Notes under the pieces: generated by a model
Seen by the model: only the letters and a program-made list of their open reading frames with translations
Told to the model about the DNA's origin: nothing
The model's database searches: none
In this document: positions 12,581-22,939 of the stretch, piece by piece
Position numbering within the stretch: position 1 is the stretch's first letter
How the letters are laid out: each line of letters opens with the position of its first letter
Program-made: the position numbers and the translations under genes
Assembly (NCBI GenBank): GCA_038087875.1
Contig: JAXLNO010000085.1
Coordinates: 62,001-98,334, forward strand
Direction of reading: 5' to 3'
Source: Malacoraja senta
Taxonomy: Eukaryota
Length of the DNA stretch: 36,334 bases

Positions 12581-13282
12581 ATATACTTATTAAAACTCTG
12601 AGCTTGTTAGTGTGTATATGTGTGTGTATGTGTGGTTGTCTTTACATCTTCGCGAAAAAACCACAGTAACGATAACATTTTTACATATTCCGGTTGAGGC
12701 CGGATCACCTTATCTAAACATTTCATGCTTTAATTCTCGATATTCCTGATTAAAGTTTAAAAACATCAAAATACTTTAAAATTAAAAGCAACAGCTTCAA
12801 ATGATGATGTCACAATAGCAGAGACCAGCCTGAATGAAGATTTCATCCTATATTTGACATGTTATTCGCGATTAAAGCTTTAAAAATGCCAACTTTCACA
12901 AGATTTTTACATATTCTGATTCACATTTCCCCCCTCGAGGCAGAGATCACTTGCACTGAACATGTTGTGCTTTATTTCTCAATTTATTACTGATTAAAGT
13001 TGAAAAAAATCAATATACCTTCAATTTTTAACCGACCACCTTCAACTGATGACGTCACAATGGCAGCATCAACTGATGATGTCACAATGGATAGACTATC
13101 AGGGGGAGGGCGAATTGCAATTGCAACAGGCATGGCAAATGCAATGGGAATTTTTTTTAAAGATCACTGCTGAGGTAGGCAAGGGGAGTTCTGGAATCTT
13201 ATGTTCGGGAACAGCTTGAGTTGGAGGACCACGCCTCCCGTGGGAGCTACGGGTAGGGAACGGGTGCGTTACTAATTACTAG
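12581..13282 (+). mobile_element. Non-autonomous Helitron-like element
   Basis: 5' ATATACTTATTAAAACTCTGAGCTTG resembles the 5' end at 36137 (minus); 3' CCCGT-GGGAGCT-ACGGG hairpin then CTAG|T; internal duplicated blocks; no TSD seen. Confidence 0.5.
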
Positions 13283-13303
13283 TTACTAATAACATCAAGA
13301 TAT

Positions 13304-13430
13304 AGAAACAAAGAACTGCAGATGCTGGTTTACACAAAAGGACACAAAGTATTGGAGTAACTCAGCAAGGCAGGCAACTTCTCTGGAGAATACAGATAGG
13401 TGACATTTCAGGTCGGGACCTTCTTCAGTC
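13304..13430 (-). mobile_element. Solo Penelope pLTR fragment with hammerhead-like core
   Basis: AAGAACTGCAGATGCTGG...GGAGTAACTCAGC parallels 11060-11190; minus strand CTGAAGA-AGG-TCCCGA-CCT-GAAATGTCA at 13401-13428. Confidence 0.7.
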
Positions 13431-14647
13431 TTGAGGCACTGGATGATATCAGGTTCATATGTTCATGTGTTTTTTTAGCTGGAGAAGCTCAATGCTAAGA
13501 TAAGTAATTTACAAAAACCTTAGTATAGGTAGCAAGCCAAATGACGACTCACAGGCACCTCTGTGTTTGCTAAATATCAAACGTTTGCTGAAGTTGATCT
13601 TGGCCAGTTTTATGGGTCAGGCTTTTGCGATCACAGTCAGCGCATATCACAGATCATAAAGCTAGCTCTCTGGGAAAAATCAACAGATTGCTTCGGAACA
13701 CTATTTAAACCAACATTTTATAGAGCACTATATTAAGATTAGGGATATGATGTAAAGGCAGGCACCAAAGATCACAACCAAAACTCATTTGCATCTTATG
13801 CAAGAAAGTAATATATTCTCAGGGGAATGCAAGGTTTCAAAGTAAAGGTATTTTGAAAATAGCGGGAATGCCTTCTAATACATTGGTTCTGATTTATATT
13901 GATAAGGTTGCATAACATCTTGTAAATAATAAAGGAATTCATCCAGAATTTCACATTAAACTGCACATATGCATCTCCAGAACCTATTGGGAAGCTTATG
14001 TTGATACTGTTAAGGTCCCCAAATCTAGGCCAATCCTTGTGGACCCAATATTTATATCAATTTAAACATATTTACAGATGGATAAAATACCTTTAAATTC
14101 TGGTCAATAATTCTAAGCAAATCTGACAAGAGGCATGATTTTTTTTTTTACTGTAAAGCAAGTGACAGATTTGCCCAATTGTTGACAATCAAGTGGCGTA
14201 ACAATGATCAGAGATAATTTTGCCAACCAAAAGCATTAAGCTTTTTCAGAGTTCGTTAATTTCCTAAAGTACTTTGTTTCAGTTCATGCAAATAGCCATT
14301 TTAAATAATTATATTTAATTGAAGTAAAAGTTACTTTAACAGTACTAAATTGGACCAAATTTTTAGGAAAGCTAAAACTGTTTGAGCAACATGTGTGTAG
14401 TGTATTCCAGATTTTTAAAAATTGCAAAGAACCAAGACGATGCATTCTGAACTATTGTCACAAAGTGACTGCAGATCATTATTTCCTACAATTAAGACTA
14501 ACCCTTTTGTAGGCCCCCGCCCTGACACCACTGTTTTTACAATGGGAGTAATATAATTTTACTGCAATTCACCTTTCATAAGTAATATGATATTAATAAC
14601 ATCATATGATCTACTATTACCTACAGTGCATTCAGAAAGTATTCAGA

Positions 14648-15166
14648 TGAAAAAGTTCACTTAAAAGATAGACAAAGTACAAATTCTTAAGACCATACAA
14701 AGCTTTAATTTAACGTCTGACGGGTGTGAACTGAGAGACCCAGAGGCAACAGGTTCTCACGTCTGAATCTCCAGCAGCACACACAAAGAAATACCAGAAC
14801 ATCGAAGCTTATATACGTACCGATATAAAACCAATTGCATGATGTAATGACAGAAAAACCATCATCCACCTCCAAATATGGAGTTGTTTTTCACTCTTTG
14901 CCAAAAGCCAGTTACCCCAATGGCATCCTCTGGGCCCCTTCTTATCTGATTAACCTCTTCAACTTACATAAAAAAACTTGTAAGAGAGCTGCGAACTATT
15001 CAACTTACATAAAAAAAGCTTGCAAGAGAGCTGTGAACTTTTCAACTTAAAGGGAAAAAAACCTGGCATGATAGGAGTTGTCCAAATCCCATCATGCATT
15101 ACAATTGGCCTTTTACAACAGGAAAGTTTAAATATGACAACAATCAATTAATAACTAACTCTTTCA
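14648..15166 (-). repeat. ERV 3' LTR
   Basis: Direct repeat of 19114-19632; minus-strand TATATAA 14809-14815, ATTAAA 14704-14709, 41-42-bp U3 tandem repeats 14958-15049. Confidence 0.96.
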
Positions 15167-15178
15167 TTCCTCCCTTTT
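15167..15178 (-). promoter_or_regulatory. Polypurine tract
   Basis: AAAAGGGAGGAA directly abutting the 3' LTR. Confidence 0.9.
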
Positions 15179-15195
15179 ATCATGTAATGATAACA

Positions 15196-15505
15196 CTACA
15201 GTCCTTGGTTAGTACATAGTAAAGGCTTCAGACATTTCAGTACATAGATTAAGATAATGATCAGCAGTACAATCGATCCATAATGTATTACCATTCCCCA
15301 TATTCCTCCAAACATACTAAATGGCCACCATTCTACACCTTTATTAAAGTTATGCATTTCCTCCCCTACCTCTGTAATCTTCTTTATTTCTGCAGTAATA
15401 TGTGCTGCTAAATCTGTAATGTTAGAAGATTCATCAGGGATGTAAGTACAGCATTCACGCCCCATAATAGCACATGTACCCCCTTTCTCTGCCAGAATCT
15501 CAGTA
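15196..15505 (-). pseudogene. env: env TM subunit remnant
   Basis: EILAEKGGTCAIMGRECCTYIPD (end of immunosuppressive domain plus CX6CC), heptad region, hydrophobic IVLLIIILIYVL anchor; within ORF 15196-15606. Confidence 0.92.
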
Positions 15506-15711
15506 AGGTTAAGTGGTATTGTTATGAGGGGTATTCCTTCACCACCATTATATGGGATGAGCGTACACAACCAGCATACATTTATTATTACGAAGGGCAA
15601 ATTCAAAACATAAACAAAAACAGATTATTTCACCAAGTCCAGTCCATATGGGCCAACCCCAGAATATTAAAAAGGGTCAATAGCCCCATTGTCCTTTTTT
15701 GGTTCTCCGAA

Positions 15712-15958
15712 CTGTTTAAAGTCAATCAGATGAATCCAACGCGGTGATCTTCAATCTTCTTGGCGGTTGATGTTGTTGATACCACTTGGTACAGTTCTGT
15801 TCAACACAGTTTTAATTCCTTCCGTCCCAATGCCTTATCAGTATGTAGTCTGACAGTATGAACTCGTCCCTGTGTTCAACTGGTAGTGGTATCTGCACTT
15901 CTTGTACCTTAGAATGCAGACCTGGCAAGGCATCGGTTAATTGCTGTGTATAATAATT
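15712..15958 (-). pseudogene. Second, more degenerate integrase C-terminal (GPY/F-type) remnant
   Basis: Hand translation across frameshifts: NYYTQQLTDALPGLHSKVQEVQ...SDYILIRHWDGRN* / LYQVVSTTSTAKKIEDH / RWIHLIDFK. Confidence 0.7.
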
Positions 15959-16248
15959 AGTTAATCACTGAGGGCCTGTAGGTGAAACTTCCACACGTGA
16001 GTCACACCACCAGTGGGTACGTAGCCTGTGGTCACCCTCAGTCCATAGCATCCTTCCCACAACTCGCAGTCACCCAGCCCTGCATCACCTGCAAATCTGC
16101 CAATGCCACCATCACATTGCATTACATCGGCATACTCAGTTTCTCGCAGATCTGATGGCTATCAATGTCCCAAGATAGGTGAGAAATAGCGACATGTCCA
16201 TCGCAATCTATCCTAGAAAGGGATTTCTTAAATGAAAGAAGTTAACAT

Positions 16249-16585
16249 TTATCTTTTTGGCACCATACTGACAATCTTACAGTGGTGAAAGTGAACCCAC
16301 GCATGTCTCCCCTCCACCTTTTCTGCGGTAGGGGTTGTTAGAAGGACCTGGTAATGCCCTTCCCACCGAATGTCCCGAATCTTCCTCATCCAATTCCTGA
16401 TTATTACACAAGTACCAGGTTCAATTTTAGACATAGTGGTTCTATTGTACATCCTTCAATGCCCTGGTTAACGATAAAATATAATTAGTCATTTCCATTG
16501 TCATGTGATGAAAGTGAACAGCCTTTGGAGCATTCTGGTTCCATGTTGCCCCCAGTGGATGGTCATATAAAATCTCTGCTGAATT
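16249..16585 (-). pseudogene. pol: pol integrase C-terminal remnant
   Basis: SAEILYDHPL...MTNYILSLTRALKDVQ* / EPGTCVIIRNWMRK..RWEGHYQVLLTTPTAEKVEGRHAWVHFHHCK. Confidence 0.9.
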
Positions 16586-18049
16586 CCTTTTATTGTCATT
16601 CAAACAATTCAAACAAACAAAAGTTTGAACAGATTTTCGTTCCCTGTAGTCATAACAGCAAAAACAAAACACACAGTTCCACACAACATCCAGCACAGTG
16701 AATCTCCAAACACCTCCTTACTGTGATGGAACGCAAAAGTCCTATTTCCCTCTCTCCCTTCTTATCTGTTCCACTGGAGAAAGCATGTCCCAAGAGAAAT
16801 ACAAGCAACATGATCTTGTGAAGTATCTCAGCAAGCAATGTAATATCAATTAGCTCTTTCATGCCTTGTGTTTCATTTTGGCCAAAAATGTCACACAAAA
16901 CAATTCAATTGTCACAACACAAAATTTTGCACATCAAAATAAAGTCCACAATAGACCTACACAAAACTCAGTATTTAGAACCACAGAAGTTAACAATGTA
17001 AAAAAGGTATTTGATTTAAATACTCCAAATCTGAAGAATCTGAGTGTGCCCCTTTAATTGAAAGCACTGAACCGCATCGGAATTCTCAGTGGAATCCTTA
17101 TCAGTAGAGAAAAAAACACTGTAAAAACAGTCAAACGGCTGCTTCGAGGTGATCAATGTTAAAGCCCCCAGACATTGCCATGTGTTAAAGGGACATACAC
17201 AACTATTGTTTCAAACACAAAGCTCTTTAAACATTTATAACAAATAACACATTTGCACATTTTTCTCTTAAGTCATGATCCAAAAACACACTCCACATAG
17301 CTTCAAAGTGTAACACAGGTATCAAAGACTTCAAACCTGATTAGTTTTTTTATCATAGCAACAAGAATTTAAAAAACCTATTTACACCAAGGGACCCCAT
17401 GCATTTCAGTCTCTTAAAGGAACCCATACACATACACAAAAGAATGTACAAAAGCCATTTACAAAAGCAGTTCATACTATATTTACTTCAAAGACGTCTC
17501 TTTGTAATCTACTTTGCCTTTTTCTGACAAAACCCTTTTTTTTTTTTTTCCACCAAAAACTTGGTTTCAAAAAATTTACAAGAAAGATTTTACAAGCTGC
17601 TGTTTTTTTATTAGCTCTGGGAGGACTGAGGTCACAATTGTGGTTATAAAGTCTTTTAATTGTGAAAGCCTTCTTGTTGAAACAAGAAAATTAAGTTGGA
17701 AATAAAACCCGTTACAGCATTTTCCTTCCACCATAAATCTTCACAATGATAGGCAGCAGGGTAGGATGGTCCAATTCCCTGTCAGTCAGGATCCTGGACT
17801 CTGTGATTGGACATGATCCAGATCGTGATTAGTCAGATTTCCCATCACTCAAAGTCTGGCCACACCCACTGAAGTGGCGACCAATCAGACTCCTATTTTT
17901 TCAAAGTCTGACCACACCCAATAAGATATCAAATTCCACAAAGACCCACATTCTCATCCGAGGCTTAGCAATGCAAGGTTGCCTGCCATCCTGTTGCTCT
18001 GTGCCAAAGGCTATTCAAATCTTGAAGGCAGGTTTGTTTTAACTCTCAA

Positions 18050-18330
18050 TGTTGAATTTAATACTGTTTCTCTTCTCCTGCCTCAGTCCTTACTCCCTTC
18101 CTTTTCTTCGTCTGCTTTAGTCAGGAAATGTTTAATTCTGTCCGAATTTCCCCGCCAATTTCCCCTATTTTGCTTTGTCAGAAAAAGGGTCCCATCACCT
18201 TTTCTCATTTCCTAACCATGTGGTCAGCTTGTAACTTAATATTCTAAATTTCTTATAATACTTAGGATTCAAATAACACATATGTTGGACGGGGGTTCCC
18301 CCCCTCACTGTTATCCAGAGCATTCCCCAT
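18050..18330 (-). pseudogene. Probable gag N-terminal (matrix) remnant
   Basis: ATG GGG AAT start (MGNALDNSE, Gly2 myristoylation-type), frameshift in G-run to GTPVQHMCYLNPKYYKKFRILSYKLTTWLG; at the expected position after the leader. Confidence 0.5.
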
Positions 18331-18387
18331 AGATAGATAGAGAGAAAGAGAAAGAGAAAGCAGACTTCTGAATTCCGAATTGTTCCA

Positions 18388-18748
18388 AATATATCAACCA
18401 GGCCGACTCGCGACTCGAGACCCCAGTTTCTCAATTTGGCTGACTTTTTTTTTAAATTTTTTTTTTACCTCTTTGATATACGACCCAAGTGTCTCAACGA
18501 AGCCGACTCACTAACCGAGACCCCCGTTTCTCAACCTGGCAGACCTAAAATCAGCCCCATGTGTCTCAACGAAGCAGACCCACTAACCGAGACCCCCGTT
18601 TCTCAACCTGGCAGACTTCTTACTCTTTAATATACAACGCCACTTATTTCTCAATCTGACAACTCTTCGGATGTCTCAATAAGCCAGACGCACACCTCAA
18701 CCCCCGTATCTCAACCCGACAAAACACGGATATCTCAACGAGGCCGAT
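18388..18748. repeat. Tandem repeats in ERV 5' leader
   Basis: GTGTCTCAACGAAGC.GAC.CACTAACCGAGACCCCCGTTTCTCAACCTGGCAGAC at 18489 and 18561 (72-bp period) with about three diverged copies around them. Confidence 0.8.
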
Positions 18749-19094
18749 AAGCCCTTAGTAGAGAGAAAAGAAAAAAGCAAAGAGAGATAGACAGAGAGAG
18801 AGAAAGAGAAATCACTCACGTCCTTCTTAACAAGATACACAAGCCCTTCTTAAAAATACAAGCACAAGTCTGTCTTAAAAATACATACACAATTCACAAT
18901 TGGTCTTACCTTTGTCTATCTCTAAGAACCTCGGCAGGGAACCAACGCAACGTCTGATGAAGAATCACCTATGTTCCTGGGAATGTCAAGGGGTCGGTTG
19001 CAACGGACCGATTAGAGCTCAGTTTTCTCCCTTGCCAAACCCGGTAACATGTGCAACCTCGAGGTCATTCAGCTGTTGATGGTGTCCCAGCGAG

Positions 19095-19112
19095 ACCTGC
19101 GCGACTATGCCA
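19095..19112 (-). promoter_or_regulatory. Primer binding site, tRNA-Ser-like
   Basis: TGGCATAGTCGCGCAGGT one base after the 5' LTR; resembles the complement of vertebrate tRNA-Ser 3' end (TGGCGTAGTCGGCAGGAT, from memory). Confidence 0.75.
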
Positions 19113-19113
19113 A

Positions 19114-19632
19114 TGAAAAAGTTCACTTAAAAGATAGACAAAGTACAAATTCTTAAGACCATACAAAGCTTTAATTTAACGTCTGACGGGTGTGAACTGA
19201 GAGACCCAGAGGCAACAGGTTCTCACGTCTGAATCTCCAGCAGCACACACAAAGAAATACCAGAACATCGAAGCTTATATACGTACCGATATAAAACCAA
19301 TTGCATGATGTAATGACAGAAAAACCATCATCCACCTCCAAATATGGAGTTGTTTTTCACTCTTTGCCAAAAGCCAGTTACCCCAATGGCATCCTCTGGG
19401 CCCCTTCTTATCTGATTAACCTCTTCAACTTACATAAAAAAACTTGTAAGAGAGCTGCGAACTATTCAACTTACATAAAAAAAGCTTGCAAGAGAGCTGT
19501 GAACTTTTCAACTTAAAGGGAAAAAAACCTGGCATGATAGGAGTTGTCCAAATCCCATCATGCATTACAATTGGCCTTTTACAACAGGAAAGTTTAAATA
19601 TGACAACAATCAATTAATAACTAACTCTTTCA
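19114..19632 (-). repeat. ERV 5' LTR
   Basis: 519 bp; no difference from 14648-15166 found by eye; ORF-track translations are identical at offset 4466. Confidence 0.96.
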
Positions 19633-20010
19633 CAGACACCTTCGCTTTTTCCACATTTTGTTACGTTACAGCCTTATTTTAAAATGGATTAAATTCTTTT
19701 TTTTTTAATCATCAATCTACACACAATACCCAAGAATGAAGAAGCGAAAGCAGATGTTTAGAAATTTTTGCACACAAATTAAAAAGAAATAACTGAAATG
19801 TCACATTTACATAAGTATTCAGACCCTTTGCTATGACACTCAAAATTGAGCTTAGGTTCATCCTGTTTCTATTGATTGTCCTTGAGATGTTTCTACACCT
19901 TGGAGTCCACCAGTGGTAAATTAAATTGATTGGACATGATTTGGAAAGGCACACACCTGTCTATATAAGGTCCCACAGTTGACAGTGCATTTCAGAGCAA
20001 AAACCAAGCC

Positions 20011-21045
20011 ATGAAGACGAAGGAATTGTCCGTAGACCTCCGAGACAGGATTGTGTCGAGACACAGATGTGGTGAAGGGTATAAAACAATTTCTGCAGCA
20101 TTGCAGGTCTCGAAGAGCATGGTGGCCTCTGTCATTCTTAAATGGAAGAACTTTGGAACCACCAGGGCTCTTCATAGAACTGGCCGCCCGGCCAAACTGA
20201 GCAATCAGGGGAAAAGGGCCTTGGTCAGGGAGGTGACCAAGAACCCGATGGTCACTCTGACAGAGCTCCAGAGTTCCTCTGTGGAGAACCTTCCAGAAGG
20301 ACAACTATATCTGCAGCACTCCACCAATCAGGCCTTTATGGTAGAGTGGCCAGATGGAAGCCACTCCTCAGTAAAAGGCACATGACAGCCCACTTGGAGT
20401 TTGCCAAAAGGCATGAGAAACAAGATTCTCTGGTCTGATGAAACCAAGATTGAACCCTTTGGCCTGAATGCCAAGCGTCACGTCTGGAGTAAACCAGGCA
20501 CCGCTCATCACCTGGCCAATACCATACCTACGGTGAAGCATGGTGGTAGCAGCATCATGCTGTGGGGATGTTTTTCAGTGGCAGGAACTGGAAGACTAGT
20601 AAGGATCGAGGGAAAGATGAACGGAGCAAAGTACAGAGATTTCCTTGATGAAAACCTGCTCCAGAGCGTTCTGGCCCTCAGACTGGGGCGGAGGTTCACC
20701 TTCCAACAGGACAACGACCCAAAGCACACAGCCAATTCAATACAGGAGTGGCTTTGTGACAAGTCTGTGAATGTCCTTGAGTGGCTCAGTCAGAGCCCGG
20801 ACTTGAACCCGATCGAACATCTCTGGAGGGACCTGAAAATAGCTGTGAAACAACACTCGCCATCCAACCTGACAGAGCTGGAGAGGATTTGCAGCGAAGA
20901 ATGGGAGAAATTACCCAAATACAGGTGTGCCAAGCTTATAGCGTCATACCCAAGACGACGTGAGGCTGTAATCACTGCCAAAGGTGCCTCGACAAAGTAC
21001 AGAGTAAAGGGTCTGAATGCTTATGTAAATGTGATATTTCGGTGA
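20011..21045 (+). pseudogene. Tc1 transposase, frameshifted
   Basis: MKTKELSVDLRDRIV...GRPAKLS paired-like DBD; WSDETK, FQQDNDPKHT, SPDLNPIEHLW with 34 residues between D and E; frame breaks near 20287 and 20411. Confidence 0.95.
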
Positions 21046-21576
21046 TTATTTTTAATTACTTTGCAAACATTTCTAAACACCTGTTTTGGCTTTTTTATTA
21101 TGGGGTATTGTGTGTAGATAGATGGTTAAAAAAAGAATTTAATCCATTTTAAAATAAGGCTGTAACTTAACAAAATGTGGAAAAAGTGAAGGAGTCTGAA
21201 TACTTTCTGAATGCACTGTACCTTAACAGTAGATCATACTTCCTGAATGCACAATGGAATACATTTAGAAGAGAGCTTCACAATCTTAAACTGAGGAGAA
21301 AAAGTATGAAATATTTTTTAAACAACAGAAAGATCTTGTATAGTTTATGCAGTGAATTAGTTGCAGGAATATTAAAACCTCCCAGCATCCAAAAACATGC
21401 AATAAAGTCAAGATGATCGAAAGGATTGCCAGATACTTACAATACTTACATTAAAAAAGCTTTTTAAATTTCCTGCCTAAATAAACAATCAATTCTTCCA
21501 AATTTGCATTATTATTCATGATACATTGAGAGCTAACAATCCACATGGCTACATATCAAAGGAATGGATTCATACA

Positions 21577-22935
21577 TCTGTATAATTAAAAGTCTCATCT
21601 TGACCACTTCCTGTCTGCGCTGTATATTGATTTTAGAAAAAACGCTACCATACATCGCTATGATTTTTAGCCATCTTACTCAGTCCTCCTCTGCTGAGCA
21701 GACTCCGAGGATTTTCCCCATCGATGAAAAATAAAAGAGTTATGAGTGTTTAAAAAAACCTTGAGATCCACTCGCCTGTCAATCACCACGATGAAGATAA
21801 TGCCCCTTCCGGGGGGGGGGCGCAGGATTAAAACCCCGGATGCCTGGACATGACTCAGTCACTCCGCAAGATCACGAGGGAGACGCCACAATTCTCATTG
21901 TGAATCAACTGAACTGTGAGTCTGCAATGCACTTGCAATAAATGATTTGTTAGCCCTTAATGAAAATTCAATAGCTGTTTGGCTTGGCCTGGCCTGGCCT
22001 GTGCTTGAAACTGCAAGGGCAATGGAAGTGAAAGGAAAATGCAATGAGCTGTTTGGCTTGGCCTGCCCTGTGCTTGAAACTGCAATGGCAATGGCAGTGA
22101 AATGAAAATGCAATCAGCCATTTGGCTTTGCTAGCCCTGTGCTTGAAACGGCAACGGCAATGGCAGTGAAATGAAAATGCAATCAGCCGTTTGGCTAGGC
22201 CTGCCCTGTGCTTGAAACTGCAACGGCAATGGAAGTGAAATGAAAATACAATGAGCTGTTCGTCCTGCCCTGTGCTTGAAATTGAAATGAAAATGAAATG
22301 AAATTAGTTGTTTGGCCTACCTGAAACCACTAATTTCGACCCACTATTATGATACAAGGCCCCTATTAGCCGAGAAACCAGTCCCTTTTGCCCCAAATGC
22401 CCGTATTAGCCCAGGAGGATCATTTTGGCCCAGAAGGCCCGTGCCAGGCGAGGAAAAGTCTGGAAAAAGTGCCTTTCACTGAGATCTTTTTTTTATTTTT
22501 TTTATTAAGAGCCCCTTCGGCCCATCAGGCCTGTACTAGCCCAGGAGGAGTCCCTTCAGCCCATCAGTAAGTATTCCCCCTGCAAGTATTAAACCTCACC
22601 CCAGTATTTTTCTCCCTCCCTTCATTGGCTCCCTGTGAGATCCAGGCCAGGATAGACTTTCCTCCTTCATTGCTGTGATCTGCAGAAACAGATGAAAAAT
22701 ATCTAAAATTGAACACACACACACACACACAGAGTCTCTCACCTGTTTCGGGCAGAATTTCTGAGCTGCCAGCCCACCAGGCCTGAGTGACTGAGCTGCC
22801 AGCCCACCAGGCCTGAGTGACTGAGTGACTGCCAGCCCAAGAATCCATTCATCCCACAATATCCATACTAGCCCTCTGGAAACCAGTCCTTCCGGCTCAC
22901 AACACCCATACTCACAACACACAGCGCTCCAGAAA
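21577..22935 (+). mobile_element. Helitron-like non-autonomous element, 3' end not found
   Basis: Begins A|TCTGTATAATTAAAAGTCTC (5'-TC after host A), contains minisatellite arrays; no terminal hairpin-CTAG seen before the Rex1 tail. Confidence 0.4.
21970..22320. repeat. About 70-bp minisatellite, about 5 units
   Basis: GTTTGGCTTGGCCTGCCCTGTGCTTGAAACTGCAA.GGCAATGG.AGTGAAATGAAAATGCAAT repeated. Confidence 0.9.
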
Positions 22936-22939
22936 CAAC

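Larger units (their letters stand above)
14648..19632 (-). mobile_element. Endogenous retrovirus (class I, gamma/epsilon-like), internally deleted, non-autonomous
   Basis: Two 519-bp TG...CA LTRs, 4-bp TSD CAGA (14644-14647, 19633-19636), PBS, PPT, and gag/integrase/env remnants in retroviral order on the minus strand. Confidence 0.96.
14624..21218 (+). mobile_element. Tc1 DNA transposon (IR/DR type, 1,606 bp after removing the ERV and one TSD copy)
   Basis: TA-CAGTGCATTCAGAAAGTATTCAGA at left and TCTGAATACTTTCTGAATGCACTG-TA at right; about 215-bp inverted repeats with inner DR (AAGTATTCAGACCCTTT); DD34E transposase inside. Confidence 0.96.

Noticed and set aside
14835..15147. Duplicated 71-aa and 62-aa ORFs (also at 19301-19613) as accessory genes
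   Set aside because: They only reflect the LTR duplication and its U3 tandem repeats
16136..16201. MDMSLFLTYLGTLIAIRSARN* after a TTTCTAG acceptor-like site as an env signal peptide
   Set aside because: Position is plausible but only 21 codons and no SU homology I can recognise
21970..22320. Regular repeats as a CRISPR-like array
   Set aside because: Contiguous minisatellite units without unique spacers, in a vertebrate context
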